Part shown: positions 35,996-45,071 of the stretch, piece after piece
How the letters are laid out: the number at the start of each line of letters is the position of its first letter
Numbering within the stretch: the stretch's first letter is position 1
Virus record (IMG/VR): IMGVR_UViG_3300010399_000001
Coordinates: 32,001 to 96,000 of that record
From: a virus
Length of the DNA: 64,000 nt
Direction: 5' to 3' (one strand)
Notes under the pieces: model-generated
The model's input: the letters and a program-made list of their open reading frames with translations, nothing else
The model's database searches: none
What the model was told of the DNA's origin: nothing
Translations under genes and position numbers: made by a program

Positions 35996-36256
35996 ATGAG
36001 TGGACAACTCATAGAAGGTGCCGTGATCGCATTCGCGGCAGTCGGCATCGGCTTCAGCCTGCCAAGTAGGCGCAGGAGGCCGAACCCGAAGAAGGCGATC
36101 TGTGGCTGCACACACCACCTGGCCCTGCATGATCCGGAGACCAGGGAATGCAGCTCCACCGTACCGGTGCCGATTTACGACAGCACTGGTGAGGTGAGAG
36201 GCTACGAGCGCAAGCCATGCGCCTGTAGGCAGTACATCGGGCCGCCTGCGGCCTAG
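35996..36256 (+). CDS. membrane-anchored Cys/His protein (paralog of previous)
   Basis: TM + ICGCTH..LH...C...PCACRQYIGP. Confidence 0.6.
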   Translation: MSGQLIEGAVIAFAAVGIGFSLPSRRRRPNPKKAICGCTHHLALHDPETRECSSTVPVPIYDSTGEVRGYERKPCACRQYIGPPAA

Positions 36257-36264
36257 AACGACAA

Positions 36265-36300
36265 AACAGCCCTCCGGCCCCGAAGGACCGGAGGGCTGTT
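36265..36300. terminator. terminator between convergent early and late units
   Basis: aacagccctccgg...ccggagggctgtt with flanking A tract. Confidence 0.8.
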
Positions 36301-36319
36301 GCCATCTCCCGAGATGATC

Positions 36320-37300
36320 TTAGTTGATGCCGAGTGCCGCACTGGTACGCGGACCGGCGATGCCATCGGCCACAAGGCCTCGGGTCATCTGGAAGTGCAC
36401 TAGCGCAGTCATCGTGAGCGGGCCCGCCATGCCATCGATGGCCAGGCGCGAGCCGTGCCCATTCAGAGCGCCCTGTACGAGCTTTACGCGGGCCACCAGA
36501 GCACCCCACGTATGCGGGCCGCAGATGCCATCGGCAGCGAGCCCATGAGCGCTCTGGAAGGCTCGCAGGGCTGCCAGGGTGCGAGGCCCGAAGGTCCCAT
36601 CCTGAGCCCCCGGAACCTGCCCGGCGAGCATGAGTGAGCGCTGCATCAGGATCACAGCGGCTCCGGTGCTGCCCTCGCGCAGGATGGGCAGATTGGCGGG
36701 CTGCGGCACGGTAGAGGCAGCGGGCCACTGCCCGTACTCGTCGGTCATCGCTTCATCCAGATCGACCTGCACGCCGCCGATGTAGTTATCGACAGCCGTC
36801 TGGCGGATGGAAGCCGACCCATGCCACTTAGTCGGATTGCCGGACCAGGCGAAGGTCTGCCATGCGTACCTGAATCCCGCTGCGAGGGTGGCTGCAACGG
36901 TGTCGTACCCACCATAAACGCCGACCAGATCCTTCGATCCCTCGGCGTCCGCCACGCCATGAAGATAGTCGAGCACCGTGGAGATCTGGGCGAGAGTGGC
37001 GTCGAAGTCGACCGAGTAGTAGATAGGCACGCTTGCCGGGGCTCCGAGCGCCTGAGCCTGTGCGCGGGCCGTCCTGCCATCCGCTAGGCCGCCCTGATAG
37101 CCGCGCAGAGCCATCTGGGCGGTCGTCTCCCAGTTGAGAACGACCGAGATGCCAGCGCCATGCAGTGCGGAAAGCTCAGTGGCGGTCAGATTCTTGGAGG
37201 GGTCAGTCGACAGGTAGCGGCAGACAAACCCGATACCGGCGGACTTCAGGGATGAGGTGTCCGGATGGGTGAATGCGTAGTCGGCACCGGCAGTGGTCAT
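36320..37300 (-). CDS. endolysin (DUF1906 glycoside hydrolase + peptidoglycan-binding domains)
   Basis: FVCRYLS, LNWE, IYYSVDFD, GVYG, WQT; repeated DG..GP.T..AL..FQ. Confidence 0.9.
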   Translation of the reverse strand: MTTAGADYAFTHPDTSSLKSAGIGFVCRYLSTDPSKNLTATELSALHGAGISVVLNWETTAQMALRGYQGGLADGRTARAQAQALGAPASVPIYYSVDFDATLAQISTVLDYLHGVADAEGSKDLVGVYGGYDTVAATLAAGFRYAWQTFAWSGNPTKWHGSASIRQTAVDNYIGGVQVDLDEAMTDEYGQWPAASTVPQPANLPILREGSTGAAVILMQRSLMLAGQVPGAQDGTFGPRTLAALRAFQSAHGLAADGICGPHTWGALVARVKLVQGALNGHGSRLAIDGMAGPLTMTALVHFQMTRGLVADGIAGPRTSAALGIN

Positions 37301-37764
37301 GAGCTTGCCTCCGGGGGAGATGGGGCTAGTTGAGATAGGTGCTCGATGATCTTCTCGATTCGGTCATCCTGAGCGGTCAGATGCGACTGTATCTCCAGAG
37401 CCTCGTGCAGCGCGGCGGAGGCATCCTTGAAGGTCTGCTCCGCTCGCGCGTCCGAGGCCTGGGCCTGCACGTTCTGGCCGACCATGATGATCGAGAGAAG
37501 GACCAGCTGGAGGAAGGTCTGCGCGATCCACGAGATGATCGCAGCCGTGCCCAGCCGGATAGCGGACGGTAGGGAGATGCAGTCGAACAGCGCGAACGCA
37601 TAGGCGCACCACATGCTGCCGACTATCTTGGTGATCACCAGGGCAAGGCGGGTGTTGAAGCGGGTGATCACACTGCCGGTCGGGTGCTGATCTGCGACCT
37701 TGACCGGGCCCTCTTGCCTGCGCTGTTCGATGTGAGGGTGCGGCATGTGCTCATAGGTACTCAT
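37297..37764 (-). CDS. DUF1003-like membrane protein (lysis module)
   Basis: VGSMWCAY...WIAQTFLQLVLLSIIMVGQN. Confidence 0.75.
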   Translation of the reverse strand: MSTYEHMPHPHIEQRRQEGPVKVADQHPTGSVITRFNTRLALVITKIVGSMWCAYAFALFDCISLPSAIRLGTAAIISWIAQTFLQLVLLSIIMVGQNVQAQASDARAEQTFKDASAALHEALEIQSHLTAQDDRIEKIIEHLSQLAPSPPEASS

Positions 37765-38099
37765 CGGTGCGTCACCAAGAGTGTGACGACGATGGCCATG
37801 GCTGCGATCAGCAACCCAGTGGCGGTACCGAGGATCGTGATCAAGAACCGACTGCGGTTGGTGTCCTTCTCTTCCACTCTCTCCTCCGTCTCCTTCTCCT
37901 TCGTGATGGCGTTCACCTTGATTTCGACTGCACCGACGCGGTGCTCAAGATTGTTCACGTCAGCTCTATCCGCCTTACCGGTCAGGACGTTCATCATCAA
38001 GTCCAGCTTGCCGTCCAGGCGCGATATCAATTCCTTGACGGAGAAGACGATTGCCGGTTCCTCAGCCACTAGTGACCTCCAGTATTCGGCCATGGGCAT
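37761..38099 (-). CDS. coiled-coil protein with C-terminal TM
   Basis: Holin/accessory position. Confidence 0.6.
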   Translation of the reverse strand: MPMAEYWRSLVAEEPAIVFSVKELISRLDGKLDLMMNVLTGKADRADVNNLEHRVGAVEIKVNAITKEKETEERVEEKDTNRSRFLITILGTATGLLIAAMAIVVTLLVTHR

Positions 38100-38150
38100 C
38101 ACGGGCGCCGTCCGCCACACCTGATAGGGCCGCTAGGGCGAGGATTGGCA

Positions 38151-38591
38151 TCATGCGTCCTTGGCCGGAACGAACTCAGCGGCGGGCTTGGCCCCGGCGC
38201 GATGCCAACGTAGGGTCTCCCAAAGGGCTGAGGGAATGACGTGAACCCCGTAGTGCGTGCGGTGGTGGTTGGTGCACAGGACTTCCAGGTTGCCGGGTGA
38301 CTCCACCCATGCCTGGAAGTCCTCATCGTTCTCGAAGTGCAGTCCAAGCCCCTGCTCGACCCGATGAGAGTCCACCGCGTTGATCTGCGAGAACTCCACG
38401 TGGCTGTGATGCAGCTCGGGTCCACCACCACACAGGTCGTCGTTGATGATGCACTTCCACAAGCCCTGACGCTTGAGCCGCGCCTTGGCCTGCTCGAACA
38501 GATGGTAGTGCGGGTCGTCCTCGCGCGGCTCATGCTCGGGCACATGCGCGAGGATGTGCAGGGTCATCGACTGATCATGCTCTGCCGTCAT
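38151..38591 (-). CDS. HNH-like protein
   Basis: ELHHSHVEF...NLEVLCTNHHR...GVH. Confidence 0.6.
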   Translation of the reverse strand: MTAEHDQSMTLHILAHVPEHEPREDDPHYHLFEQAKARLKRQGLWKCIINDDLCGGGPELHHSHVEFSQINAVDSHRVEQGLGLHFENDEDFQAWVESPGNLEVLCTNHHRTHYGVHVIPSALWETLRWHRAGAKPAAEFVPAKDA

Positions 38592-38599
38592 AGCTTCTC

Positions 38600-39313
38600 C
38601 TAGACCAGAAGGGTGATAGCAAGCGATACGTGACCGCCAGTTACGTTCACTGCCGCAGCGGCCTCTGCGTATGCGCCTAGCTGGATGAGGTCGCCAGCAT
38701 TGAACTGCTGGATGTCCGCCACCTGGCAGTCCCCACCGTTTATCACGATGTACTCGGAACCCCGAGCAAAGACCGTGCCGTTCTTAGTGAGAACTGGAGC
38801 CTGGGAGAAGCTGGTGGATGCCAGGGTGGTGCCGATGGTCCCGTGAACCAGCCAGTACCCTCCGGAGAAGGGGATGGTGAAGCGGTGATTGGCGGCGGAG
38901 AACATGCCGTGCGGATCTTCTCCGGTCGCAACGCTGTTGAGGTTTAGAACATCGAAGCCGGACTGCCCCGAGCGGGATGTGAGCGTCTGAGATCCAGTCT
39001 GCGTCGCCCGGCCGTGATAGTTCCCACCCCCATGACGCCACCACGTGCCAGGCGTACCGGCAACCGCACAGATCCACACGAAGCCGTCTTGCGAGATGAT
39101 CATGTCGCCTTGCAGGAATGTCCCCGATGTAGGTGGCCCTGCGGTCGTGCCGCCTACATATCTAGACGCAGAGGGTGCGCCGACAGTTACGGCCTGGATG
39201 CCATTGGAGACCGTTACCTGAGTCGTAGGATCTGAACCATTGAGCAGGTTGCTGACCTGATTGATGTCCTGGGCATTGAGAAATGTACCAGTCGAGACGG
39301 TATACAACGACAT
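38600..39313 (-). CDS. tail fibre/receptor-binding protein paralog
   Basis: Shared N-terminus; beta-rich C-terminus. Confidence 0.7.
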   Translation of the reverse strand: MSLYTVSTGTFLNAQDINQVSNLLNGSDPTTQVTVSNGIQAVTVGAPSASRYVGGTTAGPPTSGTFLQGDMIISQDGFVWICAVAGTPGTWWRHGGGNYHGRATQTGSQTLTSRSGQSGFDVLNLNSVATGEDPHGMFSAANHRFTIPFSGGYWLVHGTIGTTLASTSFSQAPVLTKNGTVFARGSEYIVINGGDCQVADIQQFNAGDLIQLGAYAEAAAAVNVTGGHVSLAITLLV

Positions 39314-39321
39314 AGCGCCCC

Positions 39322-40068
39322 CTAGTTTCCCATGAACGTGCCCTGAAGGACGTTGTCGGTGTAGCCGAGAGTTACCGAGTATGAGCCCTCGCTGTAGATA
39401 CCGAGCTGAATGACATCACCGACGACAGTGGTCACCAGAGAGGAGACCTGGACGCTGGGCGTCCCGTAGCCGAGGAACTGGGAGCCAAAGCAATATGGCT
39501 GACCGTTCTTGAGCAGCAATATTCCGATGTCCTCACCAACGGTTCCACCGCCTAGCGAGATCGAACCGGAGAACAGGTAGGTGCCCGGATACTGAATGGT
39601 GATCGCCGATTGAACGGCAGAGCTGCCGGGGAAGTTATGAACCTTCTGCCCGATAACCTCATCGAAGTTGACGATATCGAATCCGGTGCGACCCGTTCTC
39701 GTGGTGAACACTTGACCGGTATTGAGTACTCGTATACCACCAGCCGTATTGCCGCCGCCGATGCGGTACCACGTGCCGGGGGTGCCAGCTGAGACGCAGA
39801 CCCAGAGGCACAGCAGCACTGGATCTGTCATCAGATCACCGACAGCCCAGGTGCCGGATGTCGGAGGCCCACCGGTCGCCGAGCCGATCGCTGCCGACAT
39901 TCCTACTAGACCGGTCGCAGCAGTAGCACCCGTAAGCTGGGCGCGGATACGATTGGCGATCGTTATGCCGCCCTGCATCGGCCCAGAGGTCCCGCTCAGC
40001 AGCATGATCGCCTGGTTCAGGTCTTGCGCTGCGGGTGGATAGGTGTTCTGCACCGTATATAGCGCCAC
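39322..40068 (-). CDS. tail fibre/receptor-binding protein paralog
   Basis: Shared N-terminus. Confidence 0.7.
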   Translation of the reverse strand: MALYTVQNTYPPAAQDLNQAIMLLSGTSGPMQGGITIANRIRAQLTGATAATGLVGMSAAIGSATGGPPTSGTWAVGDLMTDPVLLCLWVCVSAGTPGTWYRIGGGNTAGGIRVLNTGQVFTTRTGRTGFDIVNFDEVIGQKVHNFPGSSAVQSAITIQYPGTYLFSGSISLGGGTVGEDIGILLLKNGQPYCFGSQFLGYGTPSVQVSSLVTTVVGDVIQLGIYSEGSYSVTLGYTDNVLQGTFMGN

Positions 40069-40078
40069 GCGGTGCCCC

Positions 40079-40888
40079 CTATTCGACGTGCCAGACCGAG
40101 ATGTACGTACGATCCGGACCCGACACGTCTACATTGAAAGCCGCCGGGGCGGATGCAAGCGGACTCATCGCGAGTTGCATACCTGGTCCGGCGTTCATGA
40201 AAGCGCAGAAGTAGGTGCCGGTATACTTATGCGTATTGTCCTGCACCGCAGAGATCTGGATACCGGCCGGGCCGACGGTATTCATGGCTGTGAATAGCCA
40301 CGAGACATTCATCGAGTTGACGCCAGAACCATGCACTGCCGCTGCGATACCCCAGATGCCGTCGAATGGGATCTGGATTGCGATACCAGGGCCGAAGATA
40401 CTCGGCCTGATCATCCCTCGCGGATCGAAGTCGACAGTATCACCCGTGACGTATGTGATCAGAGTCGTAGAGACTGACACCGCAGCGGTCTGATGGATGC
40501 GGCATACGTATCCAGATACTCCCGTGGGGCTAGAGTCTAGCCCCTCATTCGTCACGTAGTTGTATACGCCGATTGGGCCGCCCGTGCTGGCCCAGGATAG
40601 ATCCCCGTTCTGATAATACGTACCCTGACCCATTCCCTGACCATCGAAGTCAGTCGGGAATGGAGAATCGGAGAACGTTGAATAGTTGAAGTTGAATGTC
40701 GGCTGATTCGGATATGGGGTACGGCCGCCGACATAACGCAGAGGGGCTGGGGCGGGGGAGAGCTGGGCGGAGATGGGGCCATTGACCGTCACCTGGGTAT
40801 TGGTCGTCGTGCCGTTTAGCAGATTGACTACCTGATTGAGATCGGCGGCGCTGCTCGTGTTGCCCTCGGTGATGAGAGTTAGCGCCAT
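40079..40888 (-). CDS. tail fibre/receptor-binding protein paralog
   Basis: Shared N-terminus. Confidence 0.7.
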   Translation of the reverse strand: MALTLITEGNTSSAADLNQVVNLLNGTTTNTQVTVNGPISAQLSPAPAPLRYVGGRTPYPNQPTFNFNYSTFSDSPFPTDFDGQGMGQGTYYQNGDLSWASTGGPIGVYNYVTNEGLDSSPTGVSGYVCRIHQTAAVSVSTTLITYVTGDTVDFDPRGMIRPSIFGPGIAIQIPFDGIWGIAAAVHGSGVNSMNVSWLFTAMNTVGPAGIQISAVQDNTHKYTGTYFCAFMNAGPGMQLAMSPLASAPAAFNVDVSGPDRTYISVWHVE

Positions 40889-40891
40889 CGG

Positions 40892-41671
40892 TCACATCCA
40901 CCCGTACAGATAGAAGCGCGATCCGGCGACGAAGTTACCGGATGCGGGGTACAGCTTGAGCGAAGTGACCGGACCTACGTTGGTCGTGCTACCACCGAAC
41001 ACGCCCGCAATACCCGTAGCGGAGTTGCCGAGATTCACGCAGGTCGCCACGATTGGAATATAGTTGGTGTCCTGCGCGCCATTAATATCGACAGTGCCGC
41101 TTCCGAAGTAGTTCGCGTTGCTGCTGGTGCCCGGTAGCGTACCGATCAGAAGATTTGCAGTAAGCGACAGAGCCCCGGCGACGGTGCTGTTGTTGGCGTC
41201 GATAAACTGCGACAGGTATGAGCTAGAGGTGACTCCGTTCACCTGCATGTTCATATTCTGCGTCACAGTGGCAGCATCCCCCTTGGCATGCCACTTGAGC
41301 GTGAGACAGTTGAACGCTGGAATGCTTGAGAAGGTGATCGATGCTAGTGAGCTGATCAGTGTCTGCGAGCTGATCAGCGTCGGGCCGGTGCTCCATGTGC
41401 CGGGACTGCCACCAGCCGTGCACACCCATTCCACCCCGAGGGTGCTATCGATGATGAAGTCACCGGCGACGAAGGTGCCGGAAGACGGTGGTCCGCCAGC
41501 GATCTGTCCGACGTACCCACCGGAACCGGCCGTAGCACCAGAGAGCTGGGCGCGGATACGACCGGAGTTGGTGATCTGAACGCCTGTAGTCGTGCCGTTA
41601 AGCAGGTTGGTGAACTGATTCACGTCATTTGGGGAGATGACGGAAGCGGCCTGCACCGCATATAGAGCCAC
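40892..41671 (-). CDS. tail fibre/receptor-binding protein paralog
   Basis: Shared N-terminus. Confidence 0.7.
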   Translation of the reverse strand: MALYAVQAASVISPNDVNQFTNLLNGTTTGVQITNSGRIRAQLSGATAGSGGYVGQIAGGPPSSGTFVAGDFIIDSTLGVEWVCTAGGSPGTWSTGPTLISSQTLISSLASITFSSIPAFNCLTLKWHAKGDAATVTQNMNMQVNGVTSSSYLSQFIDANNSTVAGALSLTANLLIGTLPGTSSNANYFGSGTVDINGAQDTNYIPIVATCVNLGNSATGIAGVFGGSTTNVGPVTSLKLYPASGNFVAGSRFYLYGWM

Positions 41672-41681
41672 GGCGGACCCC

Positions 41682-41891
41682 CTACTCGCTCAGTACCGCG
41701 ACGCGACTCTCCAGCTCGGCGATCCTCGCCTCGGCGGCCAGGAGCTTGTCATGGACATCGTTGGTCTCGGCTGCCCGCTGCTGGAGAACCTTGGTCAGTT
41801 GCTTGATGTATGCCATCGCCTTGCCGAGTTCCGCATAGGCGGTGTCGACATCCGGCTGGAACGGCGGGACGGCGGGGGGCAGATCGGTCAT
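41682..41891 (-). CDS. small coiled-coil protein
   Basis: GAGG RBS, heptad pattern. Confidence 0.6.
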   Translation of the reverse strand: MTDLPPAVPPFQPDVDTAYAELGKAMAYIKQLTKVLQQRAAETNDVHDKLLAAEARIAELESRVAVLSE

Positions 41892-41899
41892 CGACTACC

Positions 41900-42670
41900 T
41901 CATGCTGATTGCAGGGTCATGGAGAAGTTGAGCGTGGCGGTCTGAGCGCTCGTCTTGGTCACCGAGGGCGAGAGCAGCGCGTGATCAAGCAGGGTGCCGG
42001 TGTTATAGGCCACCGTCGTGCCGATCGCGAACGAGCTGACTGCGGTGAACGAGCTGACGTTGATAGTCGTCGAGCCTGCGGTAGTGATGCCGGAAGTCAC
42101 CACGCTCTGCGTCTGTCCGGTGCCAGCGCCGTAGTTGATGATCAACGTAGAGCTGGCAGGGATAGTGGCAGTGGTGGCGCTGACGGCGAGCGAGGTGTAG
42201 GTCTGGTTCAGCGTGAGGCCGCTAGAGAGAGTGACTTGCTGGGTGGAGGCCTGCACGAACACACCCATCTCGGTGACCGTGCCGTTGCCTGCGGTGGTAG
42301 GAAAGAAGAACTGATACGTCAGCACATTGGCGCTGTCGGTGCCGGTGGTCACCAGCTCTCGGCCGATCTCATTACCGAGGGCGATATCCCCTGCTACCGG
42401 AGTGGCTACGCCAGTGCCGACCGCGCCATAGATGTCGCCGAGGTTGCCAGAGGTCGAGGCGAAGGGGCTACCCCATCCGCTGTTGTAGTTCTGAATGAAC
42501 GCCCAGTTCAGCGCAGAGGCTATGACGTTGAGACCGGAGGTGACGATCAGGTTCTTCGAGGAGCGCGAGTCCACCAGATCACCGGACTCGGCGTCGAAGA
42601 CATCCAGCCGCAGAACGCCGAACATGCCGAAACGATCCCGATGGCTCATTTCCACTGGAACGTCCCCCAT
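41900..42670 (-). CDS. minor tail protein
   Basis: KNLIVTSG...AVGTG...NGTVTEMG. Confidence 0.7.
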   Translation of the reverse strand: MGDVPVEMSHRDRFGMFGVLRLDVFDAESGDLVDSRSSKNLIVTSGLNVIASALNWAFIQNYNSGWGSPFASTSGNLGDIYGAVGTGVATPVAGDIALGNEIGRELVTTGTDSANVLTYQFFFPTTAGNGTVTEMGVFVQASTQQVTLSSGLTLNQTYTSLAVSATTATIPASSTLIINYGAGTGQTQSVVTSGITTAGSTTINVSSFTAVSSFAIGTTVAYNTGTLLDHALLSPSVTKTSAQTATLNFSMTLQSA

Positions 42671-43644
42671 TGCGTGCTCGTGCCGTTATAGGTGGCAACC
42701 GTGGGAGCAGAGTAACCCGGATATGGGGTGATGCCGTACTGCGTCGCTCCACCGCCATACGCCTCGGCGAGCGCATCGGAAGCGATGCCCCAGTTGTAAT
42801 GCGTGCTCACCTGGGTTGGCGTAAGCGGCTTGCGGTAGATCGCCACCTCGGCCATGGACATCTGGCATGTCTGAAAGACGCCATAGTTTCCAAGGACCAC
42901 ATTATTGGCGGTGTTGGACGGTACTGTCGTATACGTCTGGCTGCCGACCTGCGAGCCGTTGATATAGACCTTGATGGCCTTCGCGCTGCCATCTCTGGTC
43001 ACTACCACGTGATACCAGTTGTTGAGCGACATGGAGCCGGAAGCGAAGGCAGCGAGCCCGTTCTGCGCGAAACCGATCTGACCGACCCCAGAGTTGTTGT
43101 ATAGGTATACCTCGAACTCTCCGGTGGAGCCTCCGGTGTTCGCCTCCTTCACGATCAGGGAGTACAGACCGCCAGTGGTGTTGAACGAGGTGAAGAAGAC
43201 CCAGAACTCCACCGAGAGGTCGCCGGTGATCTGTAGTGAGGAGTTGTTGTTGAACACGATATTGCTTGCGGTGAAGCTGGTGAACTGGGACGCATGAGAG
43301 TGGGCGAGAAAGCTACTGGCATTCTGAGTGATGCCAGTCATAGACGATGATGCGATGCGCGGATAGATCGAGAAGTAGCCCTGATTCGAGTCGTACGCCA
43401 CGCCACCAGAGGACTCGGCGAGACGCCAGTAAGAGGTTGGCATGTCTCCGGAGGCGTTCGTTGGATAGATCGTCGAGGTGGTGAACGTGGGCGCAGAGCC
43501 GCTCACATTGAAGTTCAGGGCCTCGATATCCGAGTAGAACTGATTGAGGACCTCGGTAGAGTCAAGCGGGATGTTCTCGGTCGAGTTGTTCGCGAGCTGG
43601 GCGAACAGATCCTGCATGGTCAGCGCGCGCCCCGGAGTCGGCAT
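42646..43644 (-). CDS. LamG/concanavalin-like tail protein
   Basis: SYWRLAE...SVEFW...WYHVVVT...VYING...EVAIYRKPLT. Confidence 0.8.
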   Translation of the reverse strand: MPTPGRALTMQDLFAQLANNSTENIPLDSTEVLNQFYSDIEALNFNVSGSAPTFTTSTIYPTNASGDMPTSYWRLAESSGGVAYDSNQGYFSIYPRIASSSMTGITQNASSFLAHSHASQFTSFTASNIVFNNNSSLQITGDLSVEFWVFFTSFNTTGGLYSLIVKEANTGGSTGEFEVYLYNNSGVGQIGFAQNGLAAFASGSMSLNNWYHVVVTRDGSAKAIKVYINGSQVGSQTYTTVPSNTANNVVLGNYGVFQTCQMSMAEVAIYRKPLTPTQVSTHYNWGIASDALAEAYGGGATQYGITPYPGYSAPTVATYNGTSTQWGTFQWK

Positions 43645-43652
43645 CGCACCCC

Positions 43653-45065
43653 CTAGAAGATTCCGGCCGGACCGTTGGCCCTGGCGGCAGTGATCTGGTA
43701 AACGCGATATCCAGCGCCCTTGTCGGATGCCTGGATCGTAAGCTGCACCACGATGAAGGTGTCGTTGATGCCGACCGAACCGCCGTTATAGAAGTCCGGC
43801 GTGGAGGAGTTGATGAACGTGAACAGCTCTCCCGCTCGGATGTGACCCGGCCAGTCGTCAGTGGTGTAGAACTGAACTCGATCCTCTGGATAGCCGAAGG
43901 TGTGCACCTCAGTCTGGCCGCGAAGCTGCGCGGCCTCCAGCGACTGAAGGTTGGTATCTGCGATGTAGACGGAGAAAACGCCCCGGTTCGGCAGGGACGC
44001 GTACTTGGCGATCGAGGCTGGGGCGGTGACCTCTGCGATGTTCGGAGCCACGTACTTGTACTTTATCACGATCGAGGCACCGGCTCCAGGGATGGAGCCG
44101 AAACTGCCATTGACCTGGAGGAACCACTGACCCGACAGGTTCGGCTGAATAACGAATGCCGTGGTCTGGCTGGTGCCGAGCTGAGCCGATACCGTCTGGG
44201 TTACTCCCGCGACCTTGAGGTTGATGCTGGAGATGGCAGTAGTATCGGGGGCCTGCGTCAGAGGCCAGGCCGTCTGTGAACCATTGCCGACGAATGTGTC
44301 CACCTGTGCCACGAAGTACGTCGAACCGCGCACCACTGCGCGGTTGCGCATCTGCGTGGCGTCCCAGCCGTACATGAAGTTGTCCACGTCATAGAAGCCG
44401 AATGTCGTGGAGACTGGGCTATTGCCGCCGATCTGCGCGGTGAGGTTGTCGCTGAAGGTGATACCCGATACCGGAGCATTGGCCAGCGGGTAGAAGTGCA
44501 GATTGCGATTCTCGTCGATATACCAGCCCCAGCTGGTGTAGGTCGCAGCGAGCTGGACGGTGTTGGTCAGTGCGGCCGAGAGGGTGTTGAAGATGTACTT
44601 GGCGCGCACCACCAGCGGTCCCGGATAGACGAATCCGGCCGGAGCCAAGGCCGCATTGATGCCGCAGTTCGCATTGGCCACTGCGGCAAGCACGATCTGG
44701 TCGGTGGTCATATTGGAGGTGTCGAGCTGAACCAGGGCGCGATCAGACAGATACGTCCAGTCAGTGCACTGAAGCTCCCAATAGGCCAGGTTTGGACCGG
44801 GGCGGGTCAGCTCTGGGTATGTACACAGCCCGGAGAACAGGGTCACGCCGAGAGTGTTGTCGACGAAGACAACCTGAGAGAGGGGCTGGACCGTGAAGGT
44901 CAGGGAGACACCGCCCTCGGTGATCGAGGGGTGCTCGTCCACCAGATAGAAGGTGGCGGTGTCTCCCTGGCGCGACCACTGCTGCGTGATGGTCCAGGTG
45001 TCCTGTTCCAGATACTGAGTCAGATCGACTCCGTTGACGAGGAACTGGACAGTATTGGCCATCAC
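43653..45065 (-). CDS. minor tail / baseplate hub protein
   Basis: Directly after tape measure; WYIDENRNLHF. Confidence 0.7.
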   Translation of the reverse strand: MMANTVQFLVNGVDLTQYLEQDTWTITQQWSRQGDTATFYLVDEHPSITEGGVSLTFTVQPLSQVVFVDNTLGVTLFSGLCTYPELTRPGPNLAYWELQCTDWTYLSDRALVQLDTSNMTTDQIVLAAVANANCGINAALAPAGFVYPGPLVVRAKYIFNTLSAALTNTVQLAATYTSWGWYIDENRNLHFYPLANAPVSGITFSDNLTAQIGGNSPVSTTFGFYDVDNFMYGWDATQMRNRAVVRGSTYFVAQVDTFVGNGSQTAWPLTQAPDTTAISSINLKVAGVTQTVSAQLGTSQTTAFVIQPNLSGQWFLQVNGSFGSIPGAGASIVIKYKYVAPNIAEVTAPASIAKYASLPNRGVFSVYIADTNLQSLEAAQLRGQTEVHTFGYPEDRVQFYTTDDWPGHIRAGELFTFINSSTPDFYNGGSVGINDTFIVVQLTIQASDKGAGYRVYQITAARANGPAGIF

Positions 45066-45071
45066 GATCTC

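Noticed and set aside
38600-41671. Diversity-generating retroelement or shufflon acting on fibre genes
   Set aside because: No reverse transcriptase, recombinase, TR/VR pair or inversion repeats seen
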